Part shown: piece after piece, positions 30,121 to 43,271 of the stretch
Position numbering within the stretch: position 1 is the first letter of the stretch
Layout: every line of letters starts with the position of its first letter
Origin: Angustibacter luteus
GTDB taxonomy: Bacteria > Actinomycetota > Actinomycetes > Actinomycetales > Angustibacteraceae
Length of the DNA: 64,000 bases
Reading direction: 5' to 3'
NCBI RefSeq assembly: GCF_039541115.1
Contig: NZ_BAABFP010000005.1
Location: forward strand, 620,001-684,000
Translations under genes and position numbers: made by a program
Notes under the pieces: model-generated
The model's database searches: none
The model's input: the letters and a program-made list of their open reading frames with translations, nothing else
What the model was told of the DNA's origin: nothing

Positions 30121-31233
30121 ATGACCGACGCACTCGCCCAGCTGTCCGAGGCCGGCGTATCCGTCTGGCTCGACGACCTGTCCCGTGAGCTGCTGAACGA
30201 CGGCAGCCTGCAGCGGCTCATCGACGAGAAGCACGTCGTCGGCGTGACGACGAACCCGACGATCTTCGCCTCGGCGCTGTCCAAGGGCGACGCCTACGAC
30301 GAGCAGGTGCGCGCCCTCGCTGCCGACGGCCAGGACGTCGCCGCCGCCATCTACGCCATCACCACGGACGACGTCCGCAACGCGTGCGACGTGCTGCGTC
30401 CCGTCTACGACCGGACGAACGGCCAGGACGGCCGGGTGTCGATCGAGGTCGACCCGGGCCTGGCGCACGACACCGGCGCGACCGTCGAGATGGCCAAGCG
30501 GCTGTGGGCCACCGTCGACCGGCCGAACGTGATGATCAAGATCCCCGCCACCGTCGAGGGACTGCCCGCCATCTCGCAGGCCATTGCGGCCGGGATCAGC
30601 GTCAACGTCACGCTGATCTTCGCGCTCGACCGCTACCGCGGGGTCATGCAGGCCTTCCTGACCGGCCTGGAGCAGGCCCGTGAGGCCGACATCGACCTGT
30701 CGACGATCCGCTCCGTCGCGTCGTTCTTCGTGTCCCGGGTCGACACCGAGATCGACCCGCGGTTGGACGAGATCGGTTCTGACGAGGCGAAGGCACTGCG
30801 CGGCAAGGCGGCTGTGGCCAACGCCCGGCTCGCCTTCCAGGCGTTCGAGGAGGTCTTCGGCACCCCGCGCTGGCAGGTGCTGGCCGAGGACGGCGCCCAC
30901 CCGCAGCGCCCGCTCTGGGCCTCGACCGGGGTCAAGAACCAGGCCTACTCGGACACGCTGTACGTCACCGAGCTCGTCACGGACGGCACCGTCAACACCA
31001 TGCCCAGCTCGACCATGGACGCCGTGTTCGACCACGGCCAGATCCACGGCGACACGGTGCGCGGCGAGTACGACGACGCCCGCAAAGTGCTGGACGCGCT
31101 GGAGCGGCTCGGCATCTCCTACGGCGACGTGACCGCCGTCCTGGAGCGCGAGGGCGTCGAGAAGTTCGTGAAGAGCTGGGACGAGCTGACCCGGACGGTC
31201 GAGGACGAGCTCACCCAGAAGGCCGGCCAGTGA
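30121..31233 (+). CDS. tal: Transaldolase (actinobacterial type)
   Basis: [22 protein letters not shown] and LWASTGVK motifs. Confidence 0.96.
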   Translation: MTDALAQLSEAGVSVWLDDLSRELLNDGSLQRLIDEKHVVGVTTNPTIFASALSKGDAYDEQVRALAADGQDVAAAIYAITTDDVRNACDVLRPVYDRTNGQDGRVSIEVDPGLAHDTGATVEMAKRLWATVDRPNVMIKIPATVEGLPAISQAIAAGISVNVTLIFALDRYRGVMQAFLTGLEQAREADIDLSTIRSVASFFVSRVDTEIDPRLDEIGSDEAKALRGKAAVANARLAFQAFEEVFGTPRWQVLAEDGAHPQRPLWASTGVKNQAYSDTLYVTELVTDGTVNTMPSSTMDAVFDHGQIHGDTVRGEYDDARKVLDALERLGISYGDVTAVLEREGVEKFVKSWDELTRTVEDELTQKAGQ

Positions 31234-32942
31234 GCCCTGCGGACGGTTCCGCGGGGGCCGTCCTGGCCTGGGCCAAGGGCGGCGGCGGTGCCACCACCGA
31301 GGTGACCGCCACCGGCGAGGCGGCGGACGCGGTGCGTGCGCACGTGCCTGCGCTGGTGGACGAACGTTTCGCCTCCCGGCTGTTCGCGCAGGACGCGACG
31401 CTCTGGGGGCCCGAAGCCGAGTCCGAGTCCGCGATCCGGCTGTCCTGGGTGGGCCTGGGCCAGTCCTCGCGACCGTTGGTGGACGAGGTCGCAGCGATCC
31501 GGGCCGACCTCGGACCGGACGTCGACCACGTGGTCCTCGCGGGCATGGGCGGCTCGTCGCTCGCACCGGAGGTCATCTGCGCCACGGCCGGCGTCCCGCT
31601 GACCGTCCTGGACTCCAGCGACCCGGACTACGTCCGCGCCGCCCTCGGGGACCGGTTGGAGCGCACCGTGCTGGTCGCCTCCAGCAAGTCCGGCGGCACC
31701 GTCGAGACGGACAGCCAGCGCCGCGCCTACGAAGGTGCCTTCCGGGACGCCGGGATCGACCCGACCGAGCGGATCGTCGTCGTCACCGACCCCGGCTCCC
31801 CGCTCGAGGCCTCGGCCCGGGCCGCCGGCTACCGCGTCGTCCTCGCCGACCCGAACGTCGGCGGACGCTACTCGGCGTTGACCGCGTTCGGCCTGGTGCC
31901 GAGCGGGCTGGCCGGGGTCGACATCGGCGCGCTGCTCGACGAGGCCGACTCCGTGGCCGGCCTGCTGGCCGAGGACGCCGAGGGAAACCCGGCCCTGGTG
32001 CTCGGCGCCGCCCTGTCCGGGGTGGACCCGAAGGGCTCGACCGGGCGCCGGGACAAGCTGGCCCTGGCCGCCGACGGCACCTCCGTCGTGGGATTCGGCG
32101 ACTGGGCCGAGCAGCTCGTCGCCGAGAGCACGGGCAAGCAGGGCACCGGACTGCTCCCGGTCGTCGTCGAGGGTCCGCAGGCACCGGAGGTGCGGTGGCC
32201 GGCGTCCGACGTCCTGCCCGTGCTGCTCGTCGCCGCTGACGGGGACCCGGCGTCCGAGCCTGGCGAAGGCGACGGCACCGATGGCGCCGCGCAGAACGCC
32301 ACGACGATCAGCGTGGGGGGTTCGCTCGGTGCGCTGATGCTGCTCTGGGAGGCGGCTACCGCCGTGGCCGGCCGGCTGCTGGGCATCAACCCGTTCGACC
32401 AGCCGGACGTCGAGAGCGCCAAGAAGGCCGCCCGCGGCATGCTCGAGGGCACGCCCGAGACCGGCGAGCCGGACCTGGTGGACGACGGCATCGAGCTGCG
32501 CGGGACGCCCGGCCTCCTCGACGGGGTCAGTGACCTGCCCGGTGCGGTCGCCGCACTGCTCGACCGGCTGGAGCCCGGCCGCGGGTACCTCGCGGTGATG
32601 GCCTACCTCGACCGGGCCGAGCAGGCCGAGCTCGCGGACGTGCGCGCCCCGCTGGCGTTGCGCACCGAGCGGCCGACGACCTTCGGCTGGGGCCCGCGGT
32701 TCCTGCACTCCACCGGTCAGTACCACAAGGGTGGTCCGGCGATCGGCGTGTACCTGCAGGTCACGGGCGACCCGGCAGAGGACCTCGACGTCCCCGGCCA
32801 GCCGTTCAGCTTCGGCCACCTCATCGCCGCCCAGGCGGCCGGCGACGCGCAGGTGCTCGCCGACCACGACCGGCCGGTGCTGCGGGTCCACCTCACCGAC
32901 CGGGCCGCCGGGGTCGCTCGTCTCCGGGAGGTTCTCAAGTGA
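31230..32942 (+). CDS. pgi: Glucose-6-phosphate isomerase (SIS-type)
   Basis: [27 protein letters not shown] and [12 protein letters not shown] motifs. Confidence 0.9.
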   Translation: MSPADGSAGAVLAWAKGGGGATTEVTATGEAADAVRAHVPALVDERFASRLFAQDATLWGPEAESESAIRLSWVGLGQSSRPLVDEVAAIRADLGPDVDHVVLAGMGGSSLAPEVICATAGVPLTVLDSSDPDYVRAALGDRLERTVLVASSKSGGTVETDSQRRAYEGAFRDAGIDPTERIVVVTDPGSPLEASARAAGYRVVLADPNVGGRYSALTAFGLVPSGLAGVDIGALLDEADSVAGLLAEDAEGNPALVLGAALSGVDPKGSTGRRDKLALAADGTSVVGFGDWAEQLVAESTGKQGTGLLPVVVEGPQAPEVRWPASDVLPVLLVAADGDPASEPGEGDGTDGAAQNATTISVGGSLGALMLLWEAATAVAGRLLGINPFDQPDVESAKKAARGMLEGTPETGEPDLVDDGIELRGTPGLLDGVSDLPGAVAALLDRLEPGRGYLAVMAYLDRAEQAELADVRAPLALRTERPTTFGWGPRFLHSTGQYHKGGPAIGVYLQVTGDPAEDLDVPGQPFSFGHLIAAQAAGDAQVLADHDRPVLRVHLTDRAAGVARLREVLK

Positions 32943-34480
32943 GCCCTGCCCGGGTGGGGGCCGGTCAGAACCCGCTGCGCGACCCGCGCGACAAGCGGCT
33001 GCAGAAGATCGCCGGCCCGTGCAGCCTGGTCATCTTCGGCGTCACCGGTGACCTGGCGCGCAAGAAGCTGATGCCCGCCGTGTACGACCTGGCGAACCGC
33101 GGCCTGCTGCCGCCCGGCTTCTCGCTCGTCGGCTTCGCCCGGCGCGACTGGGCCGACCAGGACTTCGGGCAGATCGTCTACGACGCGGTCAAGCAGCACG
33201 CGCGCACGCCGTTCCGGGAGAACGTCTGGAAGCACCTCGCCGAGGGCTTCCGGTTCGTGCCCGGCGACTTCGACGACGACGCCGCGTTCGACCACCTCGC
33301 CGAGGTCGTGCGAGGCCTGGACACCGAACGGGGCACCGGCGGGAACCACGCCTTCTACCTGTCGATCCCGCCCAAGTTCTTCTCCCAGGTCTGCGAGCAG
33401 CTGGCCCGATCCGGCCTGGCCTCCCCCGAGCGCGAGACCTGGCGACGAGTGGTCATCGAGAAGCCCTTCGGGCACGACCTGAAGTCGGCCCGTGAGCTGA
33501 ACGACGTGGTGTCCCAGGTCTTCCCGCCCGAGGCGGTCTTCCGGATCGACCACTACCTCGGCAAGGAGACCGTGCAGAACATCCTGGCGTTGCGCTTCGC
33601 GAACCAGCTGTTCGAGCCGATCTGGAACGCGCACTACGTCGACCACGTGCAGATCACGATGGCCGAGGACATCGGCATCGGCGGCCGGGCCGGCTACTAC
33701 GACGGCATCGGGGCCGCCCGCGACGTCATCCAGAACCACCTGCTTCAGCTCCTGGCGTTGACCGCCATGGAGGAGCCCGTCTCGTTCGACGCCCAGGACC
33801 TGCGCGCCGAGAAGGAGAAGGTGCTGTCCGCCGTCCGGCTGCCGAAGGACCTCGGGTCGTCCACGGCGCGCGGTCAGTACGCGGCCGGCTGGCAGGGCGG
33901 TCAGAAGGTGATCGGCTACCTCGACGAGGACGGCATCAGCCGCAGCTCCGCCACCGAGACGTACGCCGCGATCAAGCTCGAGATCGACACCCGTCGCTGG
34001 GCCGGGGTGCCGTTCTACCTGCGCACCGGCAAGCGACTCGGCCGCCGGGTCAGCGAGATCGCGGTGGTCTTCAAGCAGGCGCCGCACCTGCCGTTCGAGA
34101 CCACGGCGACCGAGGAGCTCGGGCACAACGCCCTGGTGGTGCGGGTGCAGCCGGACGAGGGCGTGACCCTGCGCTTCGGCTCGAAGGTGCCCGGGACGGC
34201 GATGGAGGTCCGCGACGTCACGATGGACTTCGGCTACGGGCACGCCTTCACCGAGTCCTCCCCCGAGGCCTACGAGCGGCTGATCCTGGACGTCCTGCTC
34301 GGTGAGCCGCCGCTGTTCCCACGGCACGAGGAGGTCGAGCTGTCCTGGCAGATCCTCGACCCGATCGAGAAGCACTGGAGCAAGTCCGGGCGACCGGACC
34401 CCTACCCCGCCGGGACGTGGGGGCCGCCCACCGCCGACGCGATGATGGCCCGCGACGGCCGGGTCTGGAGGCTGCCGTGA
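32939..34480 (+). CDS. zwf: Glucose-6-phosphate 1-dehydrogenase
   Basis: GVTGDLARKK, EKPFG and RIDHYLGKE motifs. Confidence 0.97.
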   Translation: MSPARVGAGQNPLRDPRDKRLQKIAGPCSLVIFGVTGDLARKKLMPAVYDLANRGLLPPGFSLVGFARRDWADQDFGQIVYDAVKQHARTPFRENVWKHLAEGFRFVPGDFDDDAAFDHLAEVVRGLDTERGTGGNHAFYLSIPPKFFSQVCEQLARSGLASPERETWRRVVIEKPFGHDLKSARELNDVVSQVFPPEAVFRIDHYLGKETVQNILALRFANQLFEPIWNAHYVDHVQITMAEDIGIGGRAGYYDGIGAARDVIQNHLLQLLALTAMEEPVSFDAQDLRAEKEKVLSAVRLPKDLGSSTARGQYAAGWQGGQKVIGYLDEDGISRSSATETYAAIKLEIDTRRWAGVPFYLRTGKRLGRRVSEIAVVFKQAPHLPFETTATEELGHNALVVRVQPDEGVTLRFGSKVPGTAMEVRDVTMDFGYGHAFTESSPEAYERLILDVLLGEPPLFPRHEEVELSWQILDPIEKHWSKSGRPDPYPAGTWGPPTADAMMARDGRVWRLP

Positions 34481-35619
34481 TCATCGACCTGCCGAGCACC
34501 ACCACGGCGGCGGTCAACCGCAAGCTGGTGGACCTGCGTGACTCCGGCGGGGCCATCGCCCTGGGCCGGGTGCTCACCCTGGTCATCGTCACCGACGAGG
34601 GCGAGTTCGAGGAGAGCATCGCGGCGGCGAACGACGCGAGCCGCGAGCACCCTTGCCGGGTCATCGTCATCGTCGAGGGCAACCGCCGCGGCGCCGAGCG
34701 GATGGATGCCCAGGTTCGCGTCGGCGGGGACGCCGGCGCCAGCGAGGTCATCGTGCTGCGCCTGTACGGCCAGCTGGCAGCGCACGCCGACAGCGTGGTG
34801 ACGCCCCTGCTGCTGCCGGACTCCCCGCTGGTGGTCTGGTGGCCCGGCCAGGCCCCGAAGGAGCCGTCGAAGGACCCCGTCGGCCGGATGGCCCAGCGCC
34901 GGATCACCGACGCCGCCGCATCCGCCAACCCGCGCAAGGAGCTCAGCCGGCGACGCGACACCTACGCGGTCGGCGACACCGACCTGGCGTGGACGCGGGT
35001 CACCAAGTGGCGTGGCCTGCTCGCCGCGGCGCTCGACCAGCCGCCGTACAACCCGATCGAGCACATCACGGTCACCGGAGCCTCGGACAGCCCCAGCACC
35101 GACCTCTTGGCCGCCTGGCTGGCCGAGACGCTGCGCTGCACCGTGACCCGGGCTCGGACCAAGGCGGGCACCGGGATGGCCAGCGTGCGGCTCGCGCGGC
35201 GCAGCGGGCCCGTCGACCTCGTCCGGGCGGACGGCGCGATCGCCACCCTGACCCAGCCGGGCCAGCCCGACCGCCGGATCGCCCTCCCCCGCCGCGACCT
35301 CGCGGAGTGCCTGGCCGAGGAGCTCCGCCGGCTGGACCAGGACGAGATCTACATGGAGACGCTGCAGCGCGGCCTGGGGCGGCTCGACGCCGGCCGCTCC
35401 GTGACCGCCTCGCAGGCTGCCGCCGCCGGCGAGGCCAAGCCGCTGGCCGAGGCCAAGCAGGACGCACGGCGGGCCGGTCGCCGGGAGGCCGCGACGGCCC
35501 GGGCCATCCGGGAGGCATCGCCGGAGAAGGCAGCGACCAAGAAGGCAGCGACCAAGAAGCCCGCAACCAAGAAGACCGCAACCAAGAAGGCCACCCCCAG
35601 GAAGCCGAGCGCGAGGTGA
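34477..35619 (+). CDS. opcA: G6PD assembly protein OpcA with Lys-rich C-terminal tail
   Basis: MIIDLPSTTT, GRVLTLVIV, EHPCRVI and GDTDLAWTR motifs; follows zwf. Confidence 0.92.
   Translation: MIIDLPSTTTAAVNRKLVDLRDSGGAIALGRVLTLVIVTDEGEFEESIAAANDASREHPCRVIVIVEGNRRGAERMDAQVRVGGDAGASEVIVLRLYGQLAAHADSVVTPLLLPDSPLVVWWPGQAPKEPSKDPVGRMAQRRITDAAASANPRKELSRRRDTYAVGDTDLAWTRVTKWRGLLAAALDQPPYNPIEHITVTGASDSPSTDLLAAWLAETLRCTVTRARTKAGTGMASVRLARRSGPVDLVRADGAIATLTQPGQPDRRIALPRRDLAECLAEELRRLDQDEIYMETLQRGLGRLDAGRSVTASQAAAAGEAKPLAEAKQDARRAGRREAATARAIREASPEKAATKKAATKKPATKKTATKKATPRKPSAR
35524..35600 (+). repeat. 15-nt imperfect tandem repeat encoding (KKxAT)n in the OpcA tail
   Basis: EKAATKKAATKKPATKKTATKKATP. 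Confidence 0.8.
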
Positions 35620-36407
35620 GCGCCTCACCGCTGGTCGTGGTGCACCGGGACGCCGCCCTGCTGGCCGCTTCGGTGGCGGCGCGGCTGGTCACCCGGCTGG
35701 TGGACGCGCAGGCCGCGCGCGGCACCGCTCACGTGGTGCTGACGGGAGGGTCGGTCGGGACGGCTGTCCTGGCTTCCCTCGCCGAGAGCCCGGCCCGCGA
35801 CGCGGTGTCCTGGCCCGACGTGCACGTCTGGTGGGGGGACGAGCGCTTCCTGCCGGCCGGACACCCCGACCGCAACGAGACGCAGGCCCGCGAAGCACTG
35901 TTGGACGGGCTGCGGCTGGACCCAGCGCACGTGCACCCCATGGGCGCCAGCGACCAGGCTCCGCACGTGGACGTCGACGCCGCAGCCGAGCGCTACGCGG
36001 AGGAGCTGGCCCGGGTCGCGCGGGCCGAGGGGACGAGCCGGGACGACGTCCCGGCCTTCGACGTCCTGCTGCTCGGGGTGGGTCCGGACGCGCACATCGC
36101 GTCGCTGTTCCCCGAGATGGCCGGGATCCACGAGGCGGATCGGACGGTCGTCGGGGTGCACGGCTCGCCGAAACCACCGCCGCTACGGGTCTCCCTGACC
36201 CTGCCCGCGATCAACCGGGCCGAGGAGGTCTGGCTGGTCGCCGCCGGAGCGGAGAAGGCCGATGCGATCGGCCTGGCCCTCAGCGGCGCCGGGCCGGTGC
36301 AGGCCCCGGCCGGGGCTGCTGGCGGACGACGCGCGACGGTCTGGCTGCTGGACCGGGCGGCGGCACAGCGCGTGCCACCAGCCTTGATCCGGCTGTCCAG
36401 CCCCTGA
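35616..36407 (+). CDS. pgl: 6-phosphogluconolactonase
   Basis: LTGG, WWGDERF, LLGVGPDAHIASLFP and SPKPPPLRVSLT motifs. Confidence 0.94.
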   Translation: MSASPLVVVHRDAALLAASVAARLVTRLVDAQAARGTAHVVLTGGSVGTAVLASLAESPARDAVSWPDVHVWWGDERFLPAGHPDRNETQAREALLDGLRLDPAHVHPMGASDQAPHVDVDAAAERYAEELARVARAEGTSRDDVPAFDVLLLGVGPDAHIASLFPEMAGIHEADRTVVGVHGSPKPPPLRVSLTLPAINRAEEVWLVAAGAEKADAIGLALSGAGPVQAPAGAAGGRRATVWLLDRAAAQRVPPALIRLSSP

Positions 36408-36420
36408 GCGGGGCGAACCG

Positions 36421-36771
36421 TCAGCGGATGAGGCCGCGGTCCCGCAGCTGCTGCAGCGCCTCGTCGAGGATCGCCTGACCGTCGGTGTCGCTGCGACGCT
36501 CCTTCACGTAGGCGAGGTGCGTCTTGTACGGCTCCACCTTGGGTGGGGCCGGCGGGTTCGCCTGGTCCTGCCCGGCCGGGAAGCCGCAGCGCGGGCAGTC
36601 CCAGGTCTCGGGGGCGGCCACGCCCTGCTCGTCCGCGAAGCTCGGTCGCGTCTCGTGCCCGTTGGCGCACCAGTAGGACTGGACGATCCGGGGAGCGGCA
36701 TCGCCGCGCTCCGCCTCGCCCATCGGACCTGCACCTACCCGGCTACCCCGGATCGCGTTCCCGCCTGCCAT
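36421..36771 (-). CDS. rbpA: RNA polymerase-binding protein, RbpA family (secG-linked form)
   Basis: IRGSRVGA, CxxGH...WDCPRCG zinc motif, KTHLAYVKERRS..G..IL.EAL sigma-interaction-like domain. Confidence 0.85.
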   Translation of the reverse strand: MAGGNAIRGSRVGAGPMGEAERGDAAPRIVQSYWCANGHETRPSFADEQGVAAPETWDCPRCGFPAGQDQANPPAPPKVEPYKTHLAYVKERRSDTDGQAILDEALQQLRDRGLIR

Positions 36772-36837
36772 GCACGTTCTCCCGTGTCTCGTGTGCGCTG
36801 GTGGTCACACCGACGCTGCGCGTCGGCGACCCCGTAC

Positions 36838-37086
36838 TCAGGTGGCGGTGAACCGCTCGATCAACCCGATGCCGACGATGCACGCCGACCAGACCAGGGC
36901 GATGGCGATCGTGAAGCGATCAAGGTTCTTCTCGGCGATCGAGGAACCGCCGAGACTCGAGGTGACTCCGCCACCGAACATGTCGGACAGACCGCCACCC
37001 TTGCCCTTGTGGAGCAGGATGAGGAGGGTCTGGAACAGGCTGGTGATGACCAGCAGAACCTCAAGGCTGATGCGTACTGCGCTCAC
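36838..37086 (-). CDS. secG: Preprotein translocase subunit SecG
   Basis: LLHKGKGGGLSDMFGGG and AEKNLDRFT motifs. Confidence 0.95.
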   Translation of the reverse strand: MSAVRISLEVLLVITSLFQTLLILLHKGKGGGLSDMFGGGVTSSLGGSSIAEKNLDRFTIAIALVWSACIVGIGLIERFTAT

Positions 37087-37181
37087 GAAAAGATCCGTCC
37101 GTCATCTGGGTCAGGGCCAAGGGCCGCGTCGTACCGTCACAGAGTACGCGGTGACGGCGCCAATCAGGACCTCGGGCGGTC

Positions 37182-37988
37182 TCAGCCGGTCCGGTGGTCA
37201 CGGTAGCGGCAGATGCTCGCGAACTCGTCCGCCTTCAGGCTCGCGCCACCCACCAGGGCGCCGTCCACGTCCGGCTGCGCCATGATCGAGGCGACATTGG
37301 TGGACTTGACCGATCCGCCGTACAGCACCCGGACCGCGTCCGCGACGTCCCCGGACCAGATCTCCGCCAGGCGGGTGCGGATCGCACCGCACACCTCCTG
37401 CGCGTCCTCCGGGGTCGCCACCTCACCGGTGCCGATGGCCCAGACGGGCTCGTACGCGACGACCAGGCTCTTGCCCTGGGCCGCGGTGAGGCCGTCCACC
37501 GCCGCGTCGAGCTGAGCCAGGGTGTGCGCGCAGTGCTCGCCCGCCTGGCGAACCTCCAGCCCCTCACCGACGCACAGGATGGGCGTCAGGCCGTGCTGGT
37601 AGGCCGCCTTGACCTTCGCGTTGACCAGGGCGTCGTCCTCGCGGTGGATCTCGCGGCGCTCGCTGTGCCCGACGACCACGTACGTGCAGCCGAGCTTGGC
37701 GAGCATCGCGCCCGACACGTCGCCGGTGTACGCGCCCTCCGTGTGCGGGGAGAGGTCCTGGGCGCCGTACCTGATGTCCAGCTTGTCGCCGTCCACCAGG
37801 GTCTGGACGGTCCGCAGGTCGGTGAACGGCGGCAGCACCGTCACCTCGACGGCGGCGAAGTCGTGCTTGCCGTCCTTGAGCGTCCAGTCCAGCTTCTGGA
37901 CGAGGTGCGCTCCCGCCAGGTGGTCCAGGTTCATCTTCCAGTTGCCCGCCATCAGCGGGACACGACCGGTCACGGTGCCGCGAGCCAT
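37182..37988 (-). CDS. tpiA: Triosephosphate isomerase
   Basis: [24 protein letters not shown] and YGGSV motifs. Confidence 0.97.
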   Translation of the reverse strand: MARGTVTGRVPLMAGNWKMNLDHLAGAHLVQKLDWTLKDGKHDFAAVEVTVLPPFTDLRTVQTLVDGDKLDIRYGAQDLSPHTEGAYTGDVSGAMLAKLGCTYVVVGHSERREIHREDDALVNAKVKAAYQHGLTPILCVGEGLEVRQAGEHCAHTLAQLDAAVDGLTAAQGKSLVVAYEPVWAIGTGEVATPEDAQEVCGAIRTRLAEIWSGDVADAVRVLYGGSVKSTNVASIMAQPDVDGALVGGASLKADEFASICRYRDHRTG

Positions 37989-38004
37989 CAGGTGGAACCT
38001 TTCG

Positions 38005-39195
<1,191 letters not shown>

Positions 39196-39209
39196 GTCAG
39201 CGTGACCGG

Positions 39210-40253
<1,044 letters not shown>

Positions 40254-40329
40254 TCAGGGGTGGACGTCGACGGCGTCGTCGGCGTCCCGTCGACCCTATC
40301 GTCCTGGGCAGACGCGTCGCTGGGGCGTA

Positions 40330-41310
40330 TCAGGCTTCGAGCATGTCCGCGGTCAGGTTGGCGTCCGTGCCCGGGACGCCCTCGTCGTCGGCCCGCTTGT
40401 CTGCCATCGCGAGCAGCCGCCGGATCCGACCGGCGACCGCGTCCTTCGTCATCGGCGGGTCGGCCAGGTGGCCGAGCTCCTCGAGGCTCGCCTGCTTGTG
40501 CGCCAGGCGCAGCTGGCCGGCCTCGCGGAGGTGGTCCGGGACGTCGTCCCCGAGGATCTGCAGGGCACGCTCGACCCGCGACCCCGCGGCGACCGCGGCC
40601 CGCGCGGAGCGCCGCAGGTTGGCGTCGTCGAAGTTCGCCAGCCGGTTCGCGGTGGCGCGCACCTCGCGACGCATCCGACGCTCCTCCCACGCCAGGACGG
40701 CGTCGTGCGCGCCGAGGCGGGTCAGCATCGCGCCGATCGCGTCGCCGTCCCGGATGACCACCCGGTCGACGCCTCGGACCTCACGGGCCTTCGCCTGGAT
40801 GCCGAGCCGCCGGGCCGCACCGACCAGGGCCAGGGCAGCCTCCGGACCGGGGCAGGTGACCTCGAGCGCCGACGAACGGCCGGGCTCGGTCAGTGAGCCG
40901 TGCGCCAGGAACGCGCCGCGCCACGCCGCCTCCGCGTCGCACACGGCGCCGGACACGACCTGCGGCGGGAGGCCGCGGACCGGCCGGCCCCGACCGTCGA
41001 TGAGGCCGGTCTGGCGGGCCAGGGCCTCGCCGTCCTTCACCACCCGCACGACGTACCGGGTGCCGCGGCGCAGACCGCCCGGCGCCAGCACCACCACGTC
41101 GCTCGCGTGGCCGTAGACGTCGGCGATGTCCCGGCGCAGCCGCCGCGCGGCCTGACCGGTGTCCAGCTCGGCCTCGACCACGATCCGCCCCGCCACGATG
41201 TGCAGGCCGCCGGCGAACCGCAGCGTCGCCGAGACCTCCGCCTTGCGGCAGCACTTCCTGGTCACCGGCAGGCGGCTCAGCTCGTCCTTCACCATCGCCG
41301 TCATCGCCAT
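40330..41310 (-). CDS. whiA: DNA-binding protein WhiA
   Basis: [39 protein letters not shown] and [12 protein letters not shown] motifs. Confidence 0.96.
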   Translation of the reverse strand: MAMTAMVKDELSRLPVTRKCCRKAEVSATLRFAGGLHIVAGRIVVEAELDTGQAARRLRRDIADVYGHASDVVVLAPGGLRRGTRYVVRVVKDGEALARQTGLIDGRGRPVRGLPPQVVSGAVCDAEAAWRGAFLAHGSLTEPGRSSALEVTCPGPEAALALVGAARRLGIQAKAREVRGVDRVVIRDGDAIGAMLTRLGAHDAVLAWEERRMRREVRATANRLANFDDANLRRSARAAVAAGSRVERALQILGDDVPDHLREAGQLRLAHKQASLEELGHLADPPMTKDAVAGRIRRLLAMADKRADDEGVPGTDANLTADMLEA

Positions 41311-41399
41311 GCTGGCCATCCTGTCATTCTCGTCGGCCTCTCGGGCGCTTGATCAAACCCTCGTTGCGCGGACGCCGAGGCGGTCCGTCCAGCGGTCTG

Positions 41400-42335
41400 T
41401 CAGCGCAGCACGTCACGGTACGCCGCTGCGAGCCGCAGCGGGTCGTGCACCCCCGCCCGGCCGGTCTGGGCCACCGAGAACACCGCGAGGCTGGCGCCCA
41501 GCCGGGCCGCAGCGTCCTCCAGGTGGCGTCGGTCCGCCACCATCGAGGGGTCGGCCAGCACGACGTCCGCCCGCAGGTCGGGCTGGTGCTCGCGAACGGC
41601 GTCCAGCAGGTCCGCGCCGCTGAACCCACCGGTCTCCTTCTCGTCCACCAGATTCAGCGTGATCAGGGTCTTGGCCGAGGTGGTGCACAACGCGTCCGCG
41701 AGGTCCGGTACCAGCAGGTGCGGCATCACCGAGGTGAACCACGACCCCGGCCCGAGCACCACCCAGTCGGCCGAACGCACCGCCGCCACCGCTTCCTCGC
41801 AGGCGGGCGGCGCGTCCGGCACCAGCCGGACCGAGGTGACCCGTCCGGCCGTCACGGCGACCTCGGACTGACCCCGGACGGTGCGCACCGCGGTGACGTC
41901 GTCCGGATCCAGACCGACGACGTCCGCCTCGATCATCAGCGGGACCGAGCTCATCGGCAGGACGCGGCCCCGGGCGCCTAGCAGGCGGCCGACCCAGTCC
42001 AGGCCACCGACGGTGTCGCCGAGCAGCTCCCAGAGGGCGACGATCAGCAGGTTCCCCACGGAGTGGTGGTGCAGCTCCCCTTGGCTGGCGAACCGGTGCT
42101 GCAGCACGTCGCGCCAGGTACTGCCCCACTCGCCGTCGTCGCAGAGGGCGGCCAGGGCCATCCGCAGGTCGCCGGGCGGGAGCACTCCCAGCTCGCGTCG
42201 CAACCGGCCGCTGGAACCGCCGTCGTCCGCGACGGTGACCACCGCGGTGAGCTGGTCGGTCAGATGACGCAGCGCCCCCAGGGAAGCGGCCAGGCCGTGG
42301 CCCCCGCCCAGCGCGACGACCGCAGGCCGCGTCAC
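41400..42335 (-). CDS. yvcK: UDP-GlcNAc-binding protein YvcK/CuvA (GlmR family)
   Basis: GGGHGL, VTVADDGGSSGRLR, PPGDLR and GPGSWFTSV motifs. Confidence 0.93.
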   Translation of the reverse strand: MTRPAVVALGGGHGLAASLGALRHLTDQLTAVVTVADDGGSSGRLRRELGVLPPGDLRMALAALCDDGEWGSTWRDVLQHRFASQGELHHHSVGNLLIVALWELLGDTVGGLDWVGRLLGARGRVLPMSSVPLMIEADVVGLDPDDVTAVRTVRGQSEVAVTAGRVTSVRLVPDAPPACEEAVAAVRSADWVVLGPGSWFTSVMPHLLVPDLADALCTTSAKTLITLNLVDEKETGGFSGADLLDAVREHQPDLRADVVLADPSMVADRRHLEDAAARLGASLAVFSVAQTGRAGVHDPLRLAAAYRDVLR

Positions 42336-43225
42336 TCCCGCCCCAGGTCGCGGTGCAGGGTGCCGACCTGGACCCCCAGCTCGGCCAGGCGCTCGGCCAG
42401 CGCATTGACCATGGCGACCGAACGGTGCTTGCCGCCGGTGCAGCCCAGCGCGATCGTCACGTAGCGCTTGCTCTCGTTCTCGTAGCCCACCAGCACCGGC
42501 TCGAGCGAGGACACGAACCGGTCCAGGAACACCGACGCACCGTCCTGCGCCATGACGTACTGGCTCACGCCCGCGTCGTTGCCGTTCAGCGGTCGCAGGT
42601 CGTCCACCCAGTAGGGGTTCGGCAGGAAACGCATGTCCAGCACGAAGTCCGCATCCAGCGGCAGGCCGTACTTGAACCCGAAGGACATGACGGTCGCCCG
42701 CAACCGGGGCAGCTCGCTGGCCTCGAAGATCTGCGACACCTTCGTCTTCAGCTGCGTGACGTTGAGGCCACTCGTGTCGATGACGACGTCCGCCCGCTCG
42801 CGGACGAACTCGAGCATCTCGCGCTCGCGGTGGATCGCGTCCAGGATGCGGCCGTTGCCCTGCAACGGATGGGGACGTCGGACGGACTCCTGGCGGCGCA
42901 CCAGGACGTCGTCAGCGGCGTCGAGAAAGACCACCCGGGGAGCGGCTCCGCTGGTGCGCAGCTCGAAGAGCGCGTCCTGGAGGGCCTGGAAGAACGACCG
43001 GCTGCGCACGTCGACCACGGCCGCGAGCCCTGGCGCGTGTACCTCGTCGTCCGGGGTGCGCTCACGCGAGGCCAGCTGTACCAACGGGTTCAGCATCTGC
43101 GGGGGCAGGTTGTCGACCACGTACCAACCGAGGTCCTCGAGGACGTTGGCAGTGGTGGAGCGACCGGCACTGGACATCCCCGTCACGATCACCAGCTGCG
43201 GTTGCTGCGTCTGGTCCTGGCTCAT
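42332..43225 (-). CDS. rapZ: RNase adapter RapZ (YvcJ)
   Basis: VDNLPP, RRPHPL, SFGFKYGLP and GCTGGKHRSV motifs. Confidence 0.94.
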   Translation of the reverse strand: MSQDQTQQPQLVIVTGMSSAGRSTTANVLEDLGWYVVDNLPPQMLNPLVQLASRERTPDDEVHAPGLAAVVDVRSRSFFQALQDALFELRTSGAAPRVVFLDAADDVLVRRQESVRRPHPLQGNGRILDAIHREREMLEFVRERADVVIDTSGLNVTQLKTKVSQIFEASELPRLRATVMSFGFKYGLPLDADFVLDMRFLPNPYWVDDLRPLNGNDAGVSQYVMAQDGASVFLDRFVSSLEPVLVGYENESKRYVTIALGCTGGKHRSVAMVNALAERLAELGVQVGTLHRDLGRE

Positions 43226-43271
43226 GCGCTCCTGCCTCGTCGTTCGTCCCAGCCTATCGAGCGGCACCCCG

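Noticed and set aside
40327..40360. Another GTATCA hexamer as a third ECF promoter
   Set aside because: Lacks the downstream GCTCTGTCTGG block and is antisense to the end of whiA
43160..43185. RapZ P-loop variant GMSSAGRS as an inactivating change
   Set aside because: Still fits G-x4-G-[KR]-S; the rest of the protein is intact
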